This document shows, in pieces, positions 25,257 to 38,179 of a DNA stretch of 64,000 nucleotides. Each line of letters begins with the position of its first letter. The stretch's first letter is position 1. Under the pieces are notes generated by a model. That model made no database searches, was not told where the DNA came from, and worked only from the letters and a program-made list of their open reading frames with translations. Made by a program: the position numbers and the translations under genes. Source of the DNA: Gnetum montanum (lineage: Eukaryota > Plantae > Gnetophyta); NCBI GenBank assembly GCA_015680685.1, contig MNCI01001685.1:1-64000 (forward strand), read 5' to 3'.

Positions 25257-27148
25257 ATTTGTTTTTTATTTTTGATTAATGTATTTTTTGATCTTTAGAA
25301 AGAGCTTTCTTCTTTTCTTTATAAGAAACCCTTTAGTAAGAAGTGAAAACCCGTGAGGGTGGTTTTGAATAAGGGTAAGGCTTGATCCTTTTCCTACCCT
25401 ATAGGAGAGGTTTTTTCAAGATTGGTTGTAAAGATAAAAACCTAAAAAGGCATTTACAAAACCGTTGGGCTTTTTGTTTATATATAACATAATGTTATAA
25501 ATACCTTTACTCATGAGCATCATGGTTTACACATTGTTCTTAAGTTCATCTTATTAGAGACTTGGTTCTTTTAAATGCTTAGGTTATCTCCATTTACCAA
25601 TCTCAAATTATCACACTTCAACTTTTACTAAAAATTGTAGATTTTTTATTCATGATCATTAATTTATCATCAATTCGTAGCTGTTATTCATTGTTTCTAA
25701 CTTTTGTCGGGTACCATTTCTCTGTTGTCTAAAGTATCTTGTTAACTATGTTTTTCTTAAATTCTAAAATATTCTATTAACTACATCTCTTTGAAAGGAG
25801 AAGATTAAGTAGATTTGCATTCATTGGTTTAGCAACATTTATGGTTCCACTATTGCTTGATGCTAATACTCATTTAAATTTATAAGTTTGTAACCATTTT
25901 ACAAATCTCAATAAGGGCAAGGTGGTAAAGTCAACTATAATTCAAAGTTTAGGTAATGGGTTTAATTCTTTTCTTGTGCAATAATTTTTTCTCTAGAAAT
26001 TTCTTTTTAATTTTCCAAAGCCTTATTATAAATCTCAATTTGTTAAAGATGAGATCTTTTAGCATTATTGTTATCAAAGTTCTTTTACACAATTTCCTCC
26101 TCCATTGTTTTTAAATTTTTACTATTGAATTTTTCCCAAAGGTTTTAATGTTGTAAATTTCAAAATCTCGAGTGAGATCTTTAACATGTTGATGCCAAAT
26201 TTGTTCTTTATTTTTGATTAAGGTATTTTTTATTTTTAAAGAGAGTTTTTTTTCTTTTTTTTTACACAAAATCCTTTAGCAAGAAGTGAAAACCCATGAG
26301 GGTATCCTAAAGGAGAGGTTTTTTAGGGTTGGTTGTAAAGATAAAAACCTAAAAAAGCATTTACAAAACCATTGGGCCTTTTGTTTATATATAACATAAT
26401 GTCATAAATACCTTTACTCACGAGCATCATGGGTTACACATTATTCAGAGTTCATCTTATTAGAGACTTGGTTCTTTTAAATGCTCAAGTTATCTACATT
26501 TACCAATCTCTAATTATCACACTTCAACTTCTACTAAAAATTGTGAATTTTTTATTCATGATAATTAATTTATTATCAATTCATAGTTGTTGTTCATTGT
26601 TTCTAACTTTTGTTAGGTAACATTTCTTTGTTGTCTAAAGTATCTTGTTAACTATGTTTTTCTTAAATTCTAAAATATTCTATTAACTACATCTCTTTGA
26701 AAGGAGAAGATTAAGTAGATTTGCGTTCATTGGTTTAGCAACATTTATGGTCCCACTATTCCCTGATGCTAATACTCATTTTAATTTATAATTTTGTAAC
26801 CATTTTACAAATTTATAATTTTATAACCATTTTACAAATCTCAATAAGGGAAAGGTGCAAGGTGGGTCAAGTCAACTATAGTTCAAAGTTTAGGTAACGG
26901 GTTTAACTCTTTTCTTCTGCAATAATTTTTTCTCTAAAACTTTCTTTTTTTTTATTTTCCAAAGCCTTACTGGTATAAATCTCAATTTGTTAAAGATGAG
27001 ATCTTTTAGCATTACCGTTATCAAATTTCTTTTACACAATTTCCTCCTCCATTGTTTTTAAATTTTTACTATTGAATTTTTCCCAAAGGTTTCAATATTG
27101 TAGATTTCAAATTTTTGGGTGAGATCTTTAACATACCAATGCCAAATT
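25257..27148. repeat. Tandem duplication, two ~940-bp copies (25257-26198, 26199-27148)
   Basis: Long near-identical blocks, e.g. GGTTGTAAAGATAAAAACCTAAAA at ~25424 and ~26331, and TTGAAAGGAGAAGATTAAGTAGATTTGC at ~25791 and ~26697. Confidence 0.92.
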
Positions 27149-27149
27149 T

Positions 27150-27699
27150 TATTTACATGATTTCTTTTTCATTATTTTAAAATTTTTTTCTACCTATGTA
27201 GATTTCAAAATTTCTTTTTAAGACTGGATTTTTCAAAATTTCTAGAGTAAGGGTGGTGGCAATTGTACAAGGGCAGCCAGAAATAACGTGGGAAAGAACG
27301 GGTCAAAGAAGATGAACCTTGGATAAATTGCTCCCTGTTTGAAATGTACCTATAACTAATTTATTTCGGTTTTGACATATTCTTATATCATCCATCAAAA
27401 GAGTTTTATATATTAAAAACATAAGAAATAATGTGTTCGAGACTTTATATTTTATCTTGTAAATATTCGGGCGGAACTTGTGAACAAGGATTGCGTCGAA
27501 TTCAACTTTCCAAGGAAACAGAATCAACGGGTACGATTTGCGTGGACAGAATTAAAGGAAATTTTATAAAACAAAACATTTTTCATGGAAGGACCCAATA
27601 TATGGCCAAACTTTACTGCGGAAACCTCTGTCAGAACCGTAGTCATAATCTCGAACCGGAATATTTCATAAGTAAGTCAACACAACGGACTCTACGGAA
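27150..27699 (+). promoter_or_regulatory. Probable promoter/5'UTR of the host gene
   Basis: Directly upstream of the ATG. Keeps many CpGs (AACGTGGG, GGGCGGAAC, GCGTCG, AACCGG), unlike the CpG-depleted TE flanks. TSS not determinable. Confidence 0.5.
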
Positions 27700-27895
27700 A
27701 TGGAAATCGTAACAAGCAATTTTTGCGCGAGAACTGTTTTACAGAAGCCTTGTATTGATGCAATTCCTTTGCGGGATTTCTGTGCAAAGAGAAGCAAAAG
27801 GCCAAGGCTGTTACGGCTCAATGTTTTATCTTCTGCAAGTGAACTTGGATCTGTACCTCCAGAACTCGCCTGGCAAGCAGCTGTTGGTGCAGTAG
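27700..27895 (+). CDS. Exon 1 of a 124-aa predicted plastid/thylakoid membrane protein with a DnaJ-type Cys-rich zinc-finger motif
   Basis: ATG at 27700; encodes MEIVTSNF...SVPPELAWQAAVGAV (Arg/Ser-rich transit-like start, then a hydrophobic stretch). Strong donor AG|GTATGT at 27896, phase 1, matching exon 2. Confidence 0.88.
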
Positions 27896-28214
27896 GTATG
27901 TTGTTGTTATTTTATGACTTGCTCCACCTTGTTTTTAATTTTTTTTTAATTCCTTGCGTTACCATTTTAATCTTAAATATTCCACACAGGCTTAAAATTA
28001 AACAAGAGCTCTGATTTTTTTTCGGTTGTTATATATCTGAGCATGTAGAAATTTGGCATTTTGGTGAAGGATAGCTTAAATTCCGATTATGAATCAGCAT
28101 GTTGAATTTTGCGGGATAATAGTTTACGGTAATACCACTTTTCAAATAAAACATCGATTTGAACAGCGTTGGACCCGATAGGTAAATGATTAATACGTAA
28201 AGAATATGATACGG

Positions 28215-28491
28215 TGTAACAAAACATTTAAGTTTCCAACTTCAGATAAAGTTGTTATAGTCAGAACAGAATTAGGGACCATCCTTTTACAGTATCAACT
28301 CTTAAACAAAAAACTCCAGAAAAGAACAACACAGAAACATAGACAATTACTACAATGACCTCCCTAGAACAAATAGAACACAAACCCTAAATGCAGAACC
28401 ATTAGATAGAATTGAAACACAATGAACAACTATGCAGAGCAGAATTACAGGGACATTTATGCAGAGAAGAATTACAGGAACATTTGTTACA
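28215..28491. mobile_element. Possible short solo LTR in intron 1
   Basis: TGTAACAAA...TTTGTTACA inverted termini and an internal GAATTACAGG(G/A)ACATTT repeat; no clear TSD. Confidence 0.35.
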
Positions 28492-29506
28492 ATGTAAAAT
28501 AGAGCATAACATATTTCCAACTTTATTGTTCTTTCTACTAATTTTCTTTATTATTCTCCTTTGTATTTGATAATGTGCTAAAGAAATGTATCTTCTTTTC
28601 TATTCACAAATCTTCTCTGTCACATATATTCTAACAGATAAGAATCTTAAAGCTCTTTTGTGATACTATATTTAGGTAATGAAGCTTTAATAGCTTGTCA
28701 TGTACTTTCATTTGTGTTAGTATGAAATCTAGTTTGAGGATCTTTAAAACAAATTGAATGATTAACCATCTTGTCATGGTCAGCATCAGAAGGCTTCCAC
28801 ACATTTAAAAAAATTGTGCTTTTAAGTTCAATATGATTGAAAATAAATTATCCCAATTCTGGGTGTTTATCAAGTTATTTGATTGGGTATTGGAGATGGT
28901 TATCTTATCATATTAATCTTTTAACACAATGCTCTAGCAGATTCTTTTCAAGCATGTGGTATTCGTTGTTTGCATTGTTTACAAATTTTATTATTAAAAT
29001 AGTGCAATTCAAATTGAAATTTGTTTGGTGTACCATGGTCTCTTGCAACAACCATAACCCGGTTATATATGGTGCTAAACTTTGTGGCCCCTTGGAGCCA
29101 ATATCATCATTGATTTTAAATATCCATGTGTGTTAATTTTCACCATGTATTCTAAGAAATCAAGTGGTCTAGATCGCATCAGATTTCATAAAATCATTGT
29201 TCCTTTGTTTCTTTTTTCTTTCCCTTTAAAAGAAGTGAAAATTTTAAAATTTTTATTTGAAAATTTAGGCAGACCTTCGAACTGATCTATAGTTCTAACC
29301 ATTAAAGCATCTGCTCAACCATGTTTCAATGTTATACTTTATAATCAGTCATATAATTGTTAACCACTTTTATTCTTTTTTCCAGTCTTTTCTCAATCTA
29401 ATTATAGGTTAATTATACTTACAGTGTTAGACAATATCCAAACCATTCCATACATCAAAGTCCTCATTGCTACCGTTAGCAATGCCAATTTTTACTCAAG
29501 GTTAAT

Positions 29507-31653
29507 ATGACCCTTGCAACCAAACACCTAGCATCTTTGCTTTGATACCATTGTTAGAAAATAAGGAGTGCAAAAATCACACATCAAATTTCATTGCAAT
29601 AATAAAAAATGGAAAATCAAGTAACGAGTCTGTCTGAAGTGTTTTAAAGGTCATACTAGAAAGCTTTCCACATGCATGCAAAGATAATATTGAAGGCAAC
29701 ATAGAACAAGATTACAATAATGTAAACATAACTTCTTTGATCTATTTACCTCATCTTTATTTTAATCTCTTTGATTTGTGCATACAATTGTGATATACAA
29801 CATGGTTTATACTTTAGTGTGTTTATCTTGAGTAGCAAAATGATCATTTGCGTATCATTTTTTGAATAAAAAAACATCTTTTAAGAACTTATAATTTTTA
29901 TAAGTTGTTAGTGTTGGATCAAGTAACTTCCTATGTTCACATGATATAGCTCTTCTAATCAAAACCTTAAAAACCTTACTAATAGAGTCATTTTTCCCAT
30001 ATTGCGTTCTTACAAGGTGTACGCATTGTCTTAATCAGTTTGCTATAAAAACCCTAGATAGTGAGGGTTGTGACTCAATATTTTACATTGTGTTGCACAT
30101 GAAATGGTCCAATTTTGTTATATGATCCAGACACAAAATAGTGTAACCTTTCAAATGTTTATTGATAAAAAGAATCCAATTTTGTTATGTGTTATATACA
30201 CAAAATAGTCCAATCTTTTAAATATTTATGGATGAAAAATAGTTTAATATTTTGAGTGGATATTGTAATGTAATCTGGACACATAATTAAATGATAAAAA
30301 GTGAAATTTTTCTTAGTACCTTACACTTCAGTTAGAAGCACAAATGGCTACCTAACATCACAGAAAGTGGATATTGTAATGTAATGTGAATGTAAAAAGT
30401 CCAAGGATAGGAAGCCAACTTTTTTGCATTATTTGCATTGTGAAATCATACTGGTGTAAGAATCACACCCCTTGTGGATGAGGAGCAAGATCTCTCATGA
30501 GTTTTGTTTTTTCTTTTTGAGTGCACGTTGTGTTTTGAGTATATTTAAAAGTAAAACACAATTTATCACTTAAGTAACCATTCATTATTTATCTTACACA
30601 TTAAAGAAAATTAATGTTTAATCATCTAAAAAAATTTTAAGGTTATTTTCCAAGATTTGTAGAATAAATTTTGTTTCTTTTAGTTGGCTGGAACATAGGT
30701 AGCCACTTTTTGCTATAACAATTAAGAAAAAATTCATTGATAGACTATTTATATCTGAATTACATCACAATATTCATTAAAAATATTAGCCTATTTTTTA
30801 TCCATAAACATTTAAAAGATTGAACTGGTTCGTATCCACAATACATAACAAAATTGGACTGTTTTTGTCCATAAACATTTGAAACATTGGGCTATTTTTG
30901 TCCATAAACATTTGAAACATTGGACTATTTTGTATCTAGATCATATAATAAAATTGGACTATTTCATATTGAAAAATAATGTAAAAAATTTTAATCATTA
31001 AATACCATTGTTGTTCTTATTTAGAAGGGAATAGAGTTTTTGTTTGTTTGGTCATAATGCTCGGAAACAGTGGAATGACAATCTTATCACAGCCTCACTA
31101 TTTATGGTCTTATAGCTAACATATTGAGACAATGGATACATCTTGTACAGATTTTGACAAAAGAAGCTATATGGAAAGAAAATAGCTTTACCATGTGAAC
31201 ATAAGAAATTTCTCGATCCAACAGTAACAAATTGTGAGAATTACAAGTTGTTAAAATATGTTTTTTATTTAAAAAATGATATGTAGATGATCAATTTGCT
31301 ATCCAAGATGAACACATTAAAATATAAACCAGGTTGTATATGACAATTGTATGTAAAAATGAAAGAGATTAAAATAAAGATGGAGGAAAATAGATTTTAA
31401 CAAAAACACTTGTTCTATTTTTCCTTGATTATCCCTACATACAATGTTACATTTTATCTTTGCATGCAAGTGGAACACTTGCTAATATGACCCTTGAAAC
31501 ACTTGGTAAGGGCCTGGGAGTTACTTTCTTTTTCATTTTTTGTTATTCCAATGAAATTTAATGTTGGTTATCTTTCACTCAGTAATTTGTTCTTTATTTT
31601 CTAATAGCAATGGTATTAGAGTCAAGATCCAATGTGTTTGGTTGCAGGGCCAT
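29507..31653. repeat. Long imperfect inverted repeat (arms ~29507-30290 and ~30745-31653) formed by two opposed LTR+PBS copies
   Basis: Block-by-block reverse-complement matches along the arms; tRNA-Met PBS on each arm (29539-29550 minus, 31611-31622 plus). Confidence 0.85.
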
Positions 31654-32262
31654 TTTATTTTAAATGGAAAGATATTTATAAAATGTTATTGTTGTGTTTT
31701 TCTATTGCTTTGATAGGTGTTAAGAGTTAAAATGATGAAATTCTTGCAAGAAAAGGTTTGACACTTTGCATGGCCGAACAGAGAAAAATGCTAAGACAAT
31801 GTATTGCAACAAATTTGCAATTAAGTCATTGCTTTGTGACATCAAAGCAGCAATAACACTTAACATGTCATTGTATTTTGACAACAAAACTGTATCTACT
31901 TGATTAAATGTAACGTTGGCATTGAGGGGGCATGTTAGAAATAGCAATAATGTTGGCTTTGAGGGTACATGTTAGAAATAGCAATGTCAACTGAGTTTTG
32001 GAATGGCAGTTGAAATTGTACAGTAATAGGGTAATTTGGAAATATTCCAAATACTCTAAAACCAAACTGAGAGAGAATTGTGAGGTAAATCTGATAATTG
32101 CATCTGTAAATTGTAATCGTAATTAATGGATTTGGATTACCTAATCATTTGCTCTAGTTTGGCAAGCTCAGGAGTTGCTTTTCGTTTTCATTTTTTGTTA
32201 TTGCAATGGAATTTGATATGTGGTTATTTTTGACTCAGTAATTTGCTTTTTATTTTCTACCA
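31611..32262 (+). mobile_element. Short internal region plus 3' LTR (31933-32262) of a small TRIM/Copia-like element
   Basis: PBS at 31611, PPT GAGGGGG at ~31924, TGTTAGAAA start. The last ~100 bp match 31517-31608 and end CTACCA. Confidence 0.55.
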
Positions 32263-34050
32263 TTCACTACCCAAGAATCACAAAAGAGTTCTTGTCAAAT
32301 GCAAGCACCTTTGTAAGCTAAAAGGAATAGACATAGTGGTCAGTAATGTACACATAACTGTTTCATAGGTTAGTGTAGGTACGTTGGAGGAAAATAAGTG
32401 CAGCAATGGGAGGAGAAAAATGACATGATTGGATGTTTTTTTTTTTTCATGTTTCATTCCATTAGAACACTTTCTAATTGCTTAGTTGACCATGCTTGAC
32501 ACAACAATTGTTTTAAAACATTGTTATAGAGGTTTCATAAAAAATTTAGGGCTTTGTGTTACTGTTAGATGCAGTGTATGAATGGTTCATTGGCATTTGA
32601 GCCATTGAATGGTGCATTATGTTTTAAACTGAATTAAATAGAAATTTTCACCTATAGCAAATGCGCATGCATGATTCTTTGTTTGAAGCATTTTAGCAAA
32701 TCTGGCTTTGGAAATAGGTAAGAAAAGGTTTTTATGATTAATGAGCCACCTTTGATTAGAACCTAACACGTCATTTAATATGTAGAGCATTGAATCAGAC
32801 ATGATTTATACATTCTTCATCATTATTATCTTAATGTAGTGTCATTAATTTGGGGTCAACTTTATGAGCTTTCTTTCTCAACTGTTGTACACAAATAGCT
32901 GTGCACAAATATTTTGCTTCATCATGTATATCACCTCTAATGTTTTTATAATAAAATTGAAGCTTTGTCTAGTTTTTTGTTTCATTATTATATATAGATT
33001 TTCAATTCCCTTATTTTTGTAGTTACATATTCCTTATCTATTTGCTATATTGTAACTAACGATACAATATTCATGGTTTAGACAGTGCATATTAATAATC
33101 TTGTTTAAATGAACAGCTAACCAACGAACACTAGAATCATTTGAACAATCATTCATAAATCAAATGATTGGAATTCTAACAAAAAGGAACAAGGCAACCA
33201 CAACCAACAACAGTCAACAAACCATCATGCATAATGATAGGAAAATAAGTTGCCAACCCACTCTACATTTAGCACATACAACGTCACATATCCTCTAGTT
33301 ACTAGTAAAGACACAGTATCAGCATTGTTGCCTTGGATTTGCTTATGCTAATAAATAAATTTTGATTTTCTAATCAACAAACACATAAGGTTTGAGTAAA
33401 ACTCTAGAATAAATTCTAATGCTCCTCAAGCATATTTTCTGGTTCTTTCATATTCCAACAGAATGAAGGTTAAGTAGAATGAATAATGTCCAACTAGCAT
33501 AAAACACAACATTTAGAATTTAACTTAACCATTGCTGATTTTCTAAACTAGAAAATAATAATGAAAACTGAATAGAAACCATAAAAATCTATGCAAGATT
33601 CCTTTGATATAATGTGCAAATTTGCATTTTCTGATTCATGAATCACGTTCTGGTTTGTTCTATATATATATGATGTTTTTTGTCAACAAATCTGTTTATC
33701 CAAACAGTTAATCATAGGAAACATATAAATCAGTAATATCAGATCTATTCAATGTCCTAATGGTATTTTCTATTTTCCAGCAACAATCACACTACAAAAT
33801 CATCTCAATTGAACTCTTCTAACTAGAAATTATTTTAGGCCTCACTATTAACATTGAATCAAACTATTCTGAAATTAGAAATGTAATATCACTTCTAGTT
33901 CTAGCTTTAATCTATAAAAAGAAACATACAAAATTCATTTGCTACTATACCAAGCTAATGAAAGGCTTAATCATTACTAATATAATGATTTGTTATACAT
34001 TCATTCATAAGAAAAATGAAACTATTCTTATCAGGTATTTGTTACAATCA

Positions 34051-34710
34051 TTATGAAGATCAGATCAGATCATAGATCATTTTTTCATTCTTAAGATTCT
34101 GGATCACGGATTGCAATTCAAAATTGTGTGGAATCGTGATCTAAAAAATATTGAAAAATATTGAGTTTTTAATCATTTTCAAAGGTAGATGCAATTAAAA
34201 TAGAAATTTTTAAACTAATATAACAACATTGCATTAAGCATAACCAGCAACATAAACTTACTGTTTATACTCCCATATACATGACAAAAAATTTCCAATT
34301 TAAACTACACTGTAGTATTCATTTACCGTTAATTGAAATAAATGAGCTGAAGAGTGTTTGAAATCAGCTATGTAAGTGTCTCAAAATGAGTTGAAGAATG
34401 CATTGTTGAGCTCTTGAAGAATGTGCTGCCGAGCTTCCCAAGAATGCATTGCTCCTTGCAGAAAAATGTGTACTCAAAGTGCCGCAAACCTTGAAATTGT
34501 TGATGACACATATTCAAAATATTCTATGCTCATTCTTTCTACCTTTATAACTGTGTTGAGTTGTGAATTTTGTTATTGGGATTGTGTTTTAATGTTTAAT
34601 AAAATGTTTAATGTTAAAAGAATTGCAATTTGGAATCTCTTGAAATTGTCTAGAATCATGATTCCAAATTGGATTTGATCTGGATCGTGATCTCGATCTG
34701 ATCTTCATAA
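34051..34710. mobile_element. MITE-like element (~660 bp)
   Basis: 16-bp TIR TTATGAAGATCAGATC...GATCTGATCTTCATAA with GATC-rich subterminal repeats; noncoding; TSD not resolved. Confidence 0.7.
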
Positions 34711-35322
34711 ATATATTTTGTATAACATAATAGTTGTTCCATTTTAACAGAAAAGACATGGAAATTTCTTAGATCATATTCATTTGACTTCCAAGAATCT
34801 ACTACCAATATTTCAGCAAATCATATCATAAAAATTTGTAGCTAGAAGAAAAACATTTAAATTAGTTTTTTGTTTATTAGCCTCTCTTCTCCATGAATTT
34901 CAGAAGTTGGTGAATCATAAAATAAAAAGTCTAAGATCAATTTCATGAAAAGAAATTCAAAGCTAAACTTGAAAAATCATCAGAATGCCAATACTAAGAA
35001 TTCACTTCCAAGATTTCCAAAATCAAGATAGGCCCAGAATGCTCTCACCTTTTGTTAGTGGTACCAATCCTCATATTAGGGATCCTTGGCCCCTGTTGGC
35101 AAATCTTTGTGCCAAATTGCCCCAGATTTTTATGTGTCTTTCTAAGTTCATTTGGAAACAACTCTCATCCAAGTCATTTAGGCTTAAGTGTGCAAGGATG
35201 GGTGGAGAGATCCACCAAAGATAAGGATTCAACAATCCAAAATCTTAGAAATAAAAATTAGATTTAGAAAACATTTAAGATGGTGAAAAAATTTTGAAAA
35301 CAAAATCATATTTCAGCCACAA

Positions 35323-35530
35323 GTGAAACAAGGAAGGAACTATGCATTTACTTTGTTCAATCTTCAAAACCTCTGTGAAACAAGGAAGGAACTATGCATT
35401 TACTTTGTTCAATCTTCAAAACCTCTGTGAAACAAGGAAGGAACTATGCATTTACTTTGTTCAATCTTCAAAACCTCTGTGAAACAAGGAAGGAACTATG
35501 CATTTACTTTGTTCAATCTTCAAAACCTCT
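35323..35530. repeat. Perfect tandem repeat, 4 x 52 bp
   Basis: GTGAAACAAGGAAGGAACTATGCATTTACTTTGTTCAATCTTCAAAACCTCT at 35323, 35375, 35427 and 35479; no spacers. Confidence 0.97.
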
Positions 35531-38179
35531 TTGAATGGCCCCTTTTTCCTAGCCATCAAGTGCCGTTTCTTTTTCTTTGTTGTTATACTCATGCAATCTT
35601 TCTCTTTCTCTGTTGTTGTTGTTATTATTATTAATTTAGCTTTCCTGTATATTACTGAAAATATGCTCCTAGTGTTGTTGTTGTCGCTACAATCTTCTTT
35701 TCTCTTGCCTGCTGTCTCCCTCACTTTTCTATTTCAGTTTTGGTTTCTTAACTGACTTTCTTTGGTAGTTATGTTTTTTTTTATTGGCAGCTTCATTTTT
35801 ATAAAATAGATCAAAATCACATCTTAGGTTCAAACTTCCCTAAAGCCATCCTAAAAGAAATTAAAAAGAATACATGAACCTACCATCTAAGAGGACTTTG
35901 GTTCAATTTCTTCCAAGGTGATAAAATATACACTTATGATCTCTCTTTCTCCCTCTTTTAACTAAAGTAAACATACTCTAGCCCTTATCCACTAGAATTT
36001 TATCATAAAAATAAAAGCATATTGTCCAATAGATGAAGGTTTTGTGAGCAGGAGGAAAACACAAAATCAAAATACCAAACTAAGGAAATAACTTCTTATT
36101 CAAACACTCAATGTTGCAACTAGTATTGCATTGCCTTATGAGCATTGAAAGGTCATCATGTGACCTTTCTACAGCTATTGAATGAGAGGATTTGACTTTT
36201 GATTTAATTTATTTTATTTCTCCAAAAAGTCATTTAAGAAAGTAATGCATAATAGCAATAGATCATTTAAGAAAGTAATGCATGATAGCCATAGATATGG
36301 TTCCTCTCCCTCTTTTTTTCTTGTTACATATTACAAAACCATAAATAGCAATAAATCATACTTGCTATCATCTTTTTCTTTTCTTTCCAAATCTGATTGC
36401 TCAATACTTAGCATTCTTACAACACCACCTAGAGATAGTGAAAACCAAACTTATATGAACATACAACAAGCATGTACATGAGATACCCATGCTGCTATAT
36501 ATATACACAATTTACAAAGGAACATTCTAACTAGTTTAAGAAATCATTTGGATCCACATAGGTTATGCAACACATGAATAATCAAGACATAGTAGCATTC
36601 TCACAAACAATAGAACATTCCAGCTCCATATTCCTCTATTTCATTCTATTAATAGATGTTGAATCAACAACCACTACATACTTAGTTCATGCATTCATAG
36701 TAGTAAACATCAACATATCAATACAACTCAGATGTAATCACAACGAAGCATCATACGTCATTCAATCAATCACCAATACATCATTCTACCAATGCATACT
36801 AGAAGTGTCATTCAACATACATGTAATCAGGATATTAACAATAATTACACAATCATAAATAGTTCAACGATTCAGCATTAAATCATACAAATCATCAAGC
36901 TCATCAACAACAATTAAATCCATTAACACAAACACATCAATGCACATCAACAACACTTGCTTCTATCACCATCATCAAATCATAGGTAGATTCATAAATT
37001 AGCACCAAATCACAGAAACCATAAACATGAGCACATTGACAATACATAGATCTATCACCATCATGAGATTATAGATAAATTTATAAATCAATACCAAGGC
37101 ACACAAATCACAAGTGCATGGCTAACACCCCTCAAGTCCATTATAATTATAAAATCACAGGTAAATCCACAAATAAAAAACAAACCATATGCATATTCAT
37201 AGCAAAGCATACTCACAATTGCTAGCCCAAACATCAAGACATGAAGTTAGAAAAAGGTGGGTTGTTACACCCTTCTAGATCTCTTAGACCCCATGGTACA
37301 TTCATAGGTCATGCTTGTTTTAACTTATACCCATACTCAAGCCATGCTTCACCACTGTTGAAACCAGTGTTGTAAGACCTGCACTTATTTGAAACCTGTT
37401 CTCATGGTTGAAGCTCTGACTTTCTGAGTGCCCACAAGTTTCTTTTGGGTTTGAACAACAAAATAAAAAAAAATTTGTTCATTTCAAAAAAGAGCTATGG
37501 ACCTGCTAGACTTTAGAAACCTAGTTTGGCCTGGTGAGTTGGACTTGCCAAGTACTTATGAATGTGACAATAGGGTTTGGAACACTACTTTACGTTGTAA
37601 CAAAGACATGCTAACTTTATTGCAAATTTAACAACTAAGCTGGGTATGCCCCTTAATTAGCTTGCTTGCCATTGAAGATGTGCTTGTACTATCAAGCAAA
37701 CGAAAGAGAGGAACAAATCCCTTCTCATGAAGATTAGCCTTTCATATTCAATGTGCATAATCATCTTCCTTGTCGCTTAACCAAATATTCATTGTAAGCC
37801 TTGTTCCTAGTCTATCTAGCTTTCTTGCCAATATTAACATTTGTCTTGATTTTATCTTTGACATCCTTCAAAACATTCCTCAAAGCCTTAAATCGACCAC
37901 TTTATAATTCAACTCATCTCTTCTTTCTCTACAGCACATTCTTAAGTATTTATAGAAACATTGCCTTTTGTAACTTATAAGTCTTTCATGTTGAACATCT
38001 ACAATAAGTTTTGTAGCATTTTTGTTTGCATTTTTCATGACTAACATTCTCAGCTTTTAAAATTCTGATTTTTTATCCAACTGTGTCTTGTAACTCCCGG
38101 TCCTCCTTAACATCAGAAGAAGATCCTCCCACCCTAATGCAACAACAAATCTCCATAATTCTTCATTTTGTTAGTGCTG

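Larger units (their letters stand above)
33400..37269. mobile_element. LTR-like repeat, copy A (related to 41200-43392)
   Basis: Shares blocks with copy B: 35030-35240 vs 41805-42020, and 36138-36176 vs 42787-42823. Both end GTGG(G/T)TTGTTACA. Left boundary approximate. Confidence 0.55.

Noticed and set aside
27431-27712. 93-aa ORF overlapping the host start codon
   Set aside because: No recognisable protein features; probably chance. It cannot be called a uORF without knowing the TSS.
35323-35530. CRISPR-like array
   Set aside because: Head-to-tail identical 52-mers with no unique spacers, no cas genes, and a eukaryotic context.
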